From a virus: a DNA stretch of 64,000 nucleotides. The position numbers and the translations under genes were made by a program. The DNA is taken from positions 1-64,000 of the IMG/VR virus record IMGVR_UViG_3300013102_000007; one strand, written 5' to 3'. Shown here piece after piece: positions 54,448 to 59,661 of the stretch (positions are counted from its first letter, which is position 1; each line of letters begins with the position of its first letter). The notes under the pieces were generated by a model that worked only from the letters and a program-made list of their open reading frames with translations, did no database searches and was not told the DNA's origin.

Positions 54448-54774
54448 TTAGTCCTCTATGACTGCATAAATATCTTGATCGTTTTGTAAAAGATAATCTA
54501 ATTCTTTGTATTTGATTTTTGTTCCAGTTCTCTCATTAAAAATGGCAACATCACCTTCTTTTAAATCGTCAATTTTTGTTTCATCAAATCTGTGTATAAT
54601 ACAACGATCAGTTGGAGTTCTTCTTTCTTTTTCTACTATTTCAGGCGCAACTAAATCGGAACCACTAATAGGTTTGCCTCCTGTTAAATTTTCTACGGTA
54701 GAGTAAGTTTCTACATCAAATAATACTTCTATAAGCACACGACCACCGCGAGGTCTAATTTTCAATCTTTCCAT
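54448..54774 (-). CDS. GroES/Cpn10-like co-chaperonin
   Basis: IRPRGGRVLIE N-terminal strand and LKEGDVAIF...ELDYLLQNDQDIYAVIE C-terminal pattern parallel GroES (RPL.DRVLV ... VGD.V.F ... EYLIL.E.DILAV). Confidence 0.6.
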   Translation of the reverse strand: MERLKIRPRGGRVLIEVLFDVETYSTVENLTGGKPISGSDLVAPEIVEKERRTPTDRCIIHRFDETKIDDLKEGDVAIFNERTGTKIKYKELDYLLQNDQDIYAVIED

Positions 54775-54782
54775 TTTATAAT

Positions 54783-55463
54783 TTAATCTAATTTTTCACC
54801 ATGTATAGCATGTAATCTTTCTTCATCAACTCTCCACTCAGGACTGTCCACTATAGCTAATACGTCATCGAAATATGTATCAACCTTCATCCATTCTCTT
54901 CCACCATAATCAAAGTAATAATCCCCCCCTTTATTTAAGAGTACGTAATCACCGACTTTATAATCTGTACAACCTGTCCAAACCTTTTCTACAATAGCAA
55001 TATCTCTACGTTTACCAAAATACTTTCCAGTAGTGAGAACAGTAGTATCCACAAGTTTATCAACCACTGGCTTACAAAGTAAAACTCCTTCTCTTGGTTC
55101 AAGGTCATTATTGACTATACCTGCTATAATATCAAGGTTAACAGCTTTAAAGTACTCAACGTCTGATTCTTTAAAAATACCTTTAGATTTAAAAGTTTCG
55201 TCTTGAAAAGCAAAATGAGTTGTAAGTATACTTGTACCAACTGAAAATTGTGCACCTTCAGTAGCAAAAGCTATTTCACCTGTATTTGGATGTGCATATT
55301 TATGATCTTGAATAGCTTCGGATGCAATAAACAAAACAAACTCTTGTCCATTGTCCCCAATAAACTTATGAGTCTTTTTCTGATCCAAATCAACAGTACA
55401 AAAATATGTATCTCTGAAATAATATGCCCCTTTAGCATTGTAAGATATATGCGCTCTTATCAT
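54783..55463 (-). CDS. hypothetical protein with GroES-like segment(s)
   Basis: C-terminal half LEPREGVLLCKPV...YKVGDYVLLNK...DDVLAIVD follows the Cpn10 pattern. The N-terminal half matches only weakly. Confidence 0.45.
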   Translation of the reverse strand: MIRAHISYNAKGAYYFRDTYFCTVDLDQKKTHKFIGDNGQEFVLFIASEAIQDHKYAHPNTGEIAFATEGAQFSVGTSILTTHFAFQDETFKSKGIFKESDVEYFKAVNLDIIAGIVNNDLEPREGVLLCKPVVDKLVDTTVLTTGKYFGKRRDIAIVEKVWTGCTDYKVGDYVLLNKGGDYYFDYGGREWMKVDTYFDDVLAIVDSPEWRVDEERLHAIHGEKLD

Positions 55464-56296
55464 AATATTGATTTTCCGTAGCTTAAATAGTTTTTATAAT
55501 CTTTAATAAGTTCTTTACCTTTAACAGAAACATACCAGTACTTAGCTGATCCTTTTAAACCATAACTAGAATTTAACCATCCGGCATCTTCAAGTTTATT
55601 TAAAATTACATACTTTGTGTTTACATCGGCACTTTTTACGTTACCTAATAATTCAGCTTGCAAAATTATAGCCATATAATCTAGTGTTATATGATTATCT
55701 TTTAAAAATTTGGCACTACGTATAAGGTATTCTAGGTTATTTACCATCTTATTATCTACACCATTTTCCACCATTCTCTCTAACTTTTTAGCTTCTGGTG
55801 TTAAAGGTTTTATTTCAGACTTTACAATAACTTTTCGTTTAAGGCTTTTAACCTCATTTATTAGTTCATCTTTTTTATCAATTTCTCTATGAAGTTTAGC
55901 TATTTCTCTATCTCTAGTTTTAACAGCCAATTCCATTTTCTCTAATTCTAAATCCAAATCTTCAATTTTATCTTCACGTCTTCTTAATTTGTTAAGGACA
56001 AGTTTACGATTTTTAATTTGTTGATTTGTTTTTAATTTTTGATGAATTAATTTTTGAGTTTTATCATTTTCTTTGTAAAGATTAATTACATATTTTAGCT
56101 TTTTGATACGCACTAATTGGTGGGTTACACAGTTTCTAACATCAGCAACCATGAGTTTTAATTCTTTACCACTTTTTCCTCTAACATCCCATTTGCTAAA
56201 ATCTGCATAGAACCCACCTAGACTACTTTTTTTAGTCTTATCAGTACGTTTATTTTTAGTTTCTTCCATAATAATTAAAAAATAGCTGTGATTCAT
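55460..56296 (-). CDS. coiled-coil protein with C-terminal winged-helix-like region
   Basis: 278-aa ORF (alternative ATG at 56269). Lys/Glu-rich heptad region, then ...ILNKLEDAGWLNSS...YWYVSVKG. Confidence 0.6.
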   Translation of the reverse strand: MNHSYFLIIMEETKNKRTDKTKKSSLGGFYADFSKWDVRGKSGKELKLMVADVRNCVTHQLVRIKKLKYVINLYKENDKTQKLIHQKLKTNQQIKNRKLVLNKLRRREDKIEDLDLELEKMELAVKTRDREIAKLHREIDKKDELINEVKSLKRKVIVKSEIKPLTPEAKKLERMVENGVDNKMVNNLEYLIRSAKFLKDNHITLDYMAIILQAELLGNVKSADVNTKYVILNKLEDAGWLNSSYGLKGSAKYWYVSVKGKELIKDYKNYLSYGKSIL

Positions 56297-56350
56297 GAGG
56301 AATATAAACCCTGTCTTAGATTGCCTGAAGACAACACACCAGCTATTCTA

Positions 56351-56590
56351 TTATCCTAACAAACTATCTAATTTGTGAATAACATTGTTGTGTTTAACAA
56401 CTAATTTAGCGCGATCTTCACTTTCTTTTTGAAGTCTAGCTATAACAGCCTGTGCTTCTTCGTTTTCTTTAAGGGCAGCTTCATTCAAAGAAGATAGTTT
56501 CTTTTGCATAATATAAATGGAATGCAACGCTTTTGAACTTGATTTTTCGTAGTTCTTTTTTCCAAATAGGAATTGAAATAATTTTTTCAT
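56351..56590 (-). CDS. hypothetical coiled-coil protein
   Basis: 79-aa ORF. Confidence 0.55.
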   Translation of the reverse strand: MKKLFQFLFGKKNYEKSSSKALHSIYIMQKKLSSLNEAALKENEEAQAVIARLQKESEDRAKLVVKHNNVIHKLDSLLG

Positions 56591-56594
56591 TGTT

Positions 56595-56750
56595 TTAATT
56601 TAATTTTTCTGTTAATCCAAATTCTTCGGGATGAGCTAGAACCATTTTTATTCCAGCCTCAAAGTCCACTGCTACATGTTTTGCTATATTACTGTTACCA
56701 GTTATATTTAACGCATATTCAGTAGCTAATTGTTTAATGTGTTCTTCCAT
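56595..56750 (-). CDS. hypothetical small protein (51 aa)
   Basis: ATG 56750 is 3 nt after the SSB-like stop, and the TAA at 56595 is 5 nt before the next ATG. MEEHIKQLATEYALNITGNSNIAKHVAVDFEAGIKMVLAHPEEFGLTEKLN. Confidence 0.5.
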   Translation of the reverse strand: MEEHIKQLATEYALNITGNSNIAKHVAVDFEAGIKMVLAHPEEFGLTEKLN

Positions 56751-56752
56751 AC

Positions 56753-57097
56753 TTAGAATGGTAAATCCCCATTGTCATCACTAGTCTCCTGACTTACTTC
56801 TTCCGGCTCACCATCAACACCATCGGCAGCGTTAATTTTCCAAAGAACCAAGCTGTTGTAATAATTTGTATAATCACCTTTTGTAACAGCCCTACCACGA
56901 ATGTTAAAACCAATTGTTACTGTTTGACCTTCTTCAAATTTATCTAGCAAAGACACTTTATCTTGCATAGCTTCAAATTTAATAAATTCTGGATATAACG
57001 GATTTTCCGCATACTCAAGAATTAAATCACGTTTTTTAAACGTATCGCTAACTTGATTTGTTACATCAATAGCATAAATTTTACCTGTAATTTCCAT
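56753..57097 (-). CDS. SSB-like OB-fold protein (DUF3127-type) with acidic DLPF tail
   Basis: MEITGKI...FKKRDLILEY... layout typical of Bacteroidota DUF3127. C-terminus SDDNGDLPF mimics the SSB DDDIPF tip. Confidence 0.6.
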   Translation of the reverse strand: MEITGKIYAIDVTNQVSDTFKKRDLILEYAENPLYPEFIKFEAMQDKVSLLDKFEEGQTVTIGFNIRGRAVTKGDYTNYYNSLVLWKINAADGVDGEPEEVSQETSDDNGDLPF

Positions 57098-57122
57098 TGT
57101 TTTTAAATTTTAATTTTTATTG

Positions 57123-57193
57123 TTTGCTCTGCGAGACTCGAACTCGCATCTACTGCGGAGAAGCAGCTTTCTACCAAATTGAACTAAGAGCAA
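57123..57193 (-). tRNA. tRNA-like gene, anticodon uncertain (UCC if the 7-nt loop UCUCCGC is used)
   Basis: Acceptor TTGCTCT/AGAGCAA and T arm GCGAG-TTCGAGT-CTCGC are perfect. The anticodon arm folds either as a 7-nt loop with C33 and a 2-nt variable region, or as a 6-nt loop. Confidence 0.5.
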
Positions 57194-57349
57194 TCCATTA
57201 GTCTTTCCTAAAAGTCAACCTATCCTCCTTATATCCTCAACAACAATGCTACACTTTTCTACAAAACTTCTACGTCTTTCCGTATATCGTCATGTTGTTA
57301 CGTCTTGAATATATCTACTTTCGGTATTCGTCTATCTGAATTTGTGTTG

Positions 57350-57423
57350 TAGTTCCTGAAGGATTTGAACCTCCGACCAGATGAATATAAGTCATCCACT
57401 CTACCAGACTGAGTTAAGGAACC
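57350..57423 (-). tRNA. tRNA-Ile (anticodon UAU)
   Basis: GGTTCCT/AGGAACT acceptor, D arm ACTC-AGTCTGGTA-GAGT, anticodon arm GATGA-CTTATAT-TCATC, T loop TTCAAAT. Confidence 0.8.
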
Positions 57424-57491
57424 ATGTGCAGGTATATTATTGACGTAACATACCTACTTGAAAGTTTATTAGATTCATCCGAACCGATAAA

Positions 57492-57523
57492 CAAATATAA
57501 TAACAATAATTGAAACAAACAAA
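57492..57523 (-). promoter_or_regulatory. promoter candidate TTTG-N20-TATATTTG (minus strand)
   Basis: Reverse complement reads TTTG (57523-57520), 20-nt spacer, TATATTTG (57499-57492). Divergent from the plus-strand promoter at 57553-57584. Confidence 0.5.
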
Positions 57524-57547
57524 TTTATTTTAAAAATAATTTCATAA
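57522..57547 (+). repeat. 26-nt promoter-upstream repeat, copy 2
   Basis: Identical to 2591-2616. Confidence 0.85.
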
Positions 57548-57552
57548 CCCTA

Positions 57553-57584
57553 TTTGAATATGTAAAATTAAATTTGTACATTTG
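57553..57584 (+). promoter_or_regulatory. promoter candidate TTTG-N20-TACATTTG
   Basis: TTTG 57553-57556, 20-nt spacer, TACATTTG 57577-57584. Heads the tRNA array. Confidence 0.55.
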
Positions 57585-57685
57585 TACTGTGAATAAAAAC
57601 ATGACATATTGTAATTCGTTTAGTTGGGATCAACACCGACAGAGGATTGCTATGTTTTAAGTTTTAAATTACAAAAATATATAGA

Positions 57686-57711
57686 AGCCTCTAAGAAATT
57701 AGGGGCTTTTT
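57686..57711 (+). terminator. rho-independent terminator
   Basis: AGCCTCTAA/TTAGGGGCT hairpin followed by TTTTT. Confidence 0.65.
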
Positions 57712-57719
57712 GCATTTAT

Positions 57720-57792
57720 AGCCGTGAATGTACCAAGGTGGCGACGGAAACTCCAAATCTCTGTGCGTAAGGTTCGATTCCTTAGACGGTTG
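57720..57792 (+). tRNA. tRNA-Trp (CCA), weak D arm
   Basis: T arm TAAGG-TTCGATT-CCTTA, anticodon loop CTCCAAA, 6 of 7 acceptor pairs. The D stem pairs poorly. Confidence 0.5.
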
Positions 57793-57804
57793 CTTTTTTA
57801 AATT

Positions 57805-57877
57805 GTGGGTTAAGCTAACTTGGTAGAAGCACCAGCCTGAAAAGCTGGGGGATTAAGATCGTAACTTAAAACTCACA
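57805..57877 (+). tRNA. tRNA-Phe (GAA)
   Basis: Acceptor GTGGGTT/AACTCAC, anticodon arm CCAGC-CTGAAAA-GCTGG. T loop is ATCGTAA (A54/T58 instead of T54/A58). Confidence 0.7.
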
Positions 57878-57881
57878 CAAT

Positions 57882-57957
57882 GTACAAGTACCTAATATTG
57901 GACTTGGGGTTAGTCCGCAAAACTAATTAAATAGCAGTTCGATTCTGCTCTTGTACT
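57882..57957 (+). tRNA. tRNA-Cys (GCA) with C33
   Basis: Acceptor GTACAAG/CTTGTAC is perfect. Anticodon arm TTAGT-CCGCAAA-ACTAA. T arm AGCAG-TTCGATT-CTGCT. Confidence 0.65.
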
Positions 57958-57966
57958 CGTAAAAAT

Positions 57967-58053
57967 GGAAGATTAAACCGAGTTGGCTTGGTGACTGTTT
58001 GCTAAACAGATCGTAGTTATAAAAGCTATGGGAATCGTGATCTCAATCTTCCG
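57967..58053 (+). tRNA. tRNA-Ser (GCU), type II
   Basis: Acceptor GGAAGAT/ATCTTCC, loop TTGCTAA, long variable arm. T loop is ATCGTGA (A54/T58). Confidence 0.75.
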
Positions 58054-58064
58054 CTTAATGAAAT

Positions 58065-58146
58065 AGTAGATACTTCTCATGGGAGAAAGCAGTCTTGAAA
58101 ACTGTCGGTGCGTGAAAGCGTAGGAGTTCGATTCTTCTATCTACTG
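58065..58146 (+). tRNA. tRNA-Ser (UGA), type II
   Basis: Acceptor AGTAGAT/ATCTACT, anticodon arm GCAGT-CTTGAAA-ACTGT, long variable arm, T loop TTCGATT. Confidence 0.75.
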
Positions 58147-58154
58147 CTTAATTT

Positions 58155-58224
58155 GGGAAAACGCTAAGGTTGTCGGAAGGATTGTAACCCCTAACCGCAT
58201 AAAGTTCGAGTCTTTTCTTTCCCA
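58155..58224 (+). tRNA. 70-nt tRNA-like element without a canonical D arm
   Basis: Acceptor GGGAAA(A)/(C)TTTCCC and T loop TTCGAGT are present. The middle folds best as one long bulged hairpin (58168-58196) with loop ATTGTAA (UGU). Confidence 0.4.
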
Positions 58225-58231
58225 CTAGGTA

Positions 58232-58262
58232 TTGTAATTGTAAAAAATTATTTGTACCTTTG
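58232..58262 (+). promoter_or_regulatory. internal promoter candidate TTG-N20-TACCTTTG
   Basis: TTG 58232-58234 and TACCTTTG 58255-58262. The box ends 5 nt before the first nucleotide of the tRNA at 58267. Confidence 0.5.
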
Positions 58263-58266
58263 TATT

Positions 58267-58338
58267 GCGTGGTGCTAGTAATGGTAACTGGTCAGTCTCA
58301 TAAGCTGCACGATGAGGGTTCGAGTCCCTCCCAACGCA
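58267..58338 (+). tRNA. tRNA-Met or Ile2 (CAU)
   Basis: Anticodon loop CTCATAA, D arm TAGT-AATGGTA-ACTG, T arm GAGGG-TTCGAGT-CCCTC. The acceptor has two mismatches. Confidence 0.65.
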
Positions 58339-58384
58339 ACGATAACGGTTAGCACTATACATGAAACAGAAAGGAAGTGCAATT

Positions 58385-58457
58385 GGGGATAAAGCACAAG
58401 TGGACGTGCACCTGCTTTGCAAGCAGAAGGTTCTCGGTTCAAGGCCGAGTTTCTCCA
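58385..58457 (+). tRNA. tRNA-Ala (UGC)
   Basis: G3:U70 identity pair present, D arm GCAC/GTGC, loop TTTGCAA, T arm CTCGG-TTCAAGG-CCGAG. Confidence 0.8.
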
Positions 58458-58554
58458 CGTAGTAAGAAACAGGGGTTCGAATCCCCTACTGAATCACTTG
58501 ATTGTTGGCTCGGTTCGTTTAGGGGTGAGGACGCTTACGTTGAAATTTTAAAAT
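58458..58554 (+). other. tRNA 3' half followed by tRNA 5' half (permuted order)
   Basis: 58462-58495 reads GTAAG-AAAC-AGGGG-TTCGAAT-CCCCT-ACTGAAT-C. 58508-58545 reads GCTCGGT-TC-GTTT-AGGGGTGA-GGAC-G-CTTAC-GTTGAAA. CTTAC/GTAAG are fully complementary, and the acceptor strands pair at 6 of 7 positions. Confidence 0.5.
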
Positions 58555-58629
58555 AGCTTGTCGGTCTGGTCTGGAACAGATAGCGCATTGTCAGTGCGAA
58601 GAACACGGGTTCAAATCCCGTACGAGCTG
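58555..58629 (+). tRNA. tRNA-Asp (GUC)
   Basis: Acceptor AGCTTGT/ACGAGCT, loop TTGTCAG, T arm ACGGG-TTCAAAT-CCCGT. Confidence 0.8.
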
Positions 58630-58713
58630 CATAATCCCTTCGGTGTAAATCAAAATCCACATTAAGCAAGAGGGCAGTAAGTGGTCTGCCTCATCCGATA
58701 GTGATTTAAAATT

Positions 58714-58786
58714 GCGATTATAGCATAAATGGCAAGTGTTAGGGATTTCCAATCCTTAGATTTCGGTTCGAATCCGAATAGTCGCT
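58714..58786 (+). tRNA. tRNA-Gly (UCC)
   Basis: Acceptor GCGATTA/TAGTCGC, anticodon arm AGGGA-TTTCCAA-TCCTT, T arm TTCGG-TTCGAAT-CCGAA. Confidence 0.85.
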
Positions 58787-58791
58787 CATAA

Positions 58792-58863
58792 GCTTCTTTA
58801 ATTTAACTGGTAAAATCCCTGTCTTGTAAACAGGTGTTCAGCGTTCGAGTCGTTGTTGAAGCT
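58792..58863 (+). tRNA. tRNA-Thr (UGU)
   Basis: Anticodon arm CCTGT-CTTGTAA-ACAGG, D arm ATTT/AAAT, T arm CAGCG-TTCGAGT-CGTTG. Acceptor ends with U6.U67 and U7.U66. Confidence 0.7.
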
Positions 58864-58874
58864 CTTTAAAATTC

Positions 58875-58947
58875 GTATTTGTAGCTCAGTTGGTAGAGCA
58901 AGGCACTGTTAATGCTTAGGTCGTAGGTTCGAATCCTTCCATTTACG
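58875..58947 (+). tRNA. tRNA-Asn (GUU)
   Basis: GCTC-AGTTGGTA-GAGC D arm and loop CTGTTAA. Acceptor GTATTTG/CATTTAC has U4.U69 and U5.U68. Confidence 0.75.
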
Positions 58948-59005
58948 CAAAATCCATAAGGCAATTGTGCTAGGTGGTCGTGGGAGACACGTTAGTCCTC
59001 ACCAT

Positions 59006-59078
59006 ATCTAGGTATCTCAACTGGTAGAGAACCATCCTGATAAGATGGGTTATGAAGGTTCAACTCCTTCCTTAGATA
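59006..59078 (+). tRNA. tRNA-Ile (GAU)
   Basis: Acceptor ATCTAGG/CTTAGAT, anticodon arm CCATC-CTGATAA-GATGG, T arm GAAGG-TTCAACT-CCTTC. Confidence 0.85.
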
Positions 59079-59083
59079 CTTAT

Positions 59084-59156
59084 TCAGAATTAGTTCAATT
59101 GGTAGAACGTGGCTCTTCTAAAGTCATGGTTAGGAGTTCGAGTCTCTTATTCTGAA
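59084..59156 (+). tRNA. tRNA-Arg (UCU)
   Basis: Perfect acceptor TCAGAAT/ATTCTGA, D arm GTTC-AATTGGTA-GAAC, loop CTTCTAA. Confidence 0.9.
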
Positions 59157-59185
59157 CCACATTAGAATATATGGATTATTATATC

Positions 59186-59193
59186 TATATTTG
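59186..59193 (+). promoter_or_regulatory. -7 box TATATTTG
   Basis: Perfect TAnnTTTG inside the tRNA array. No clear -33 element. Confidence 0.35.
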
Positions 59194-59315
59194 TATTACA
59201 AAGAAATTAAAAATGTTTTCAAATTTTTTACATCAGCCGCAACGTCTGCACTTGAATAGTCGAGGTTGTATTGGTATGTAAAATTTTTTAAATTAGAAAT
59301 TTACTCATAGTTTTT

Positions 59316-59344
59316 AGCCTCGGATTTTTATTCGGGGCTTTTTT
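59316..59344 (+). terminator. rho-independent terminator
   Basis: AGCCTCGGA/TTCGGGGCT 9-bp hairpin followed by TTTTTT. Confidence 0.7.
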
Positions 59345-59349
59345 GTTAT

Positions 59350-59423
59350 CAGGATGTTCCAGCAGAGGCATACGGGCTAGACTTGGAATCTAGTGTTCGT
59401 GGGTTCGAATCCCACTATCCTGA
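59350..59423 (+). tRNA. tRNA-Pro (UGG)
   Basis: Acceptor CAGGATG/TATCCTG, anticodon arm CTAGA-CTTGGAA-TCTAG, T arm GTGGG-TTCGAAT-CCCAC. D arm irregular. Confidence 0.75.
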
Positions 59424-59433
59424 CTTTATATAA

Positions 59434-59504
59434 TGCCTTATAGCACAATGGTAGTGCGACCGACTTTGACTCGGTTTATCTAGGTTCGATCCCTAGTAGG
59501 GCAT
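59434..59504 (+). tRNA. tRNA-Gln (UUG)
   Basis: Acceptor TGCCTTA/TAGGGCA, D arm GCAC-AATGGTA-GTGC, anticodon arm ACCGA-CTTTGAC-TCGGT. Confidence 0.85.
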
Positions 59505-59506
59505 CT

Positions 59507-59579
59507 GTGCTTTTGTCCGTATTGGTAGCGGAGGGAAACTGTGAATTTCCTTGAGTCGGTTCGAATCCGACATTGCACC
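59507..59579 (+). tRNA. tRNA-His (GUG)
   Basis: Anticodon arm GGAAA-CTGTGAA-TTTCC, D arm TCCG/CGGA, discriminator C73. Acceptor GTGCTTT/ATTGCAC has U5.U68 and U6.U67. No encoded G-1. Confidence 0.75.
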
Positions 59580-59583
59580 CCAT

Positions 59584-59655
59584 GTTTCCTTCGTTTAACG
59601 GATAGGACATAGCACTACGAATGCTATAATAAAGGTTCGACTCCTTTAGGAAACT
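59584..59655 (+). tRNA. tRNA-Arg (ACG)
   Basis: Perfect acceptor GTTTCCT/AGGAAAC, anticodon arm TAGCA-CTACGAA-TGCTA, T arm AAAGG-TTCGACT-CCTTT. Confidence 0.85.
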
Positions 59656-59661
59656 CTATAT

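Noticed and set aside
57194-57349. Spacer between the two minus-strand tRNAs, containing AAGGAGG (minus strand) and three AGACG(A/T)A repeats. It was considered as a hidden gene or ncRNA.
   Set aside because: No ORF longer than a few codons follows the SD-like motif, no tRNA or known ribozyme fold could be drawn, and SD motifs are not expected to be functional in this host group. It is left unannotated.
58225-58458. 77-aa minus-strand ORF from the track.
   Set aside because: It lies entirely antisense to tRNA(CAU) and tRNA-Ala and their spacer. It is an artefact of GC-richer tRNA sequence lacking stops.
58630-58713. 84-nt spacer in the tRNA array with hairpin GAGGGCAG...CTGCCTC, and the 58-nt spacer 58948-59005. 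Both were examined for extra tRNAs.
   Set aside because: Neither has a T-loop motif or an acceptor pairing. The inverted GGTGAGGAC similarity between 58524 and 58997 is too short to interpret.
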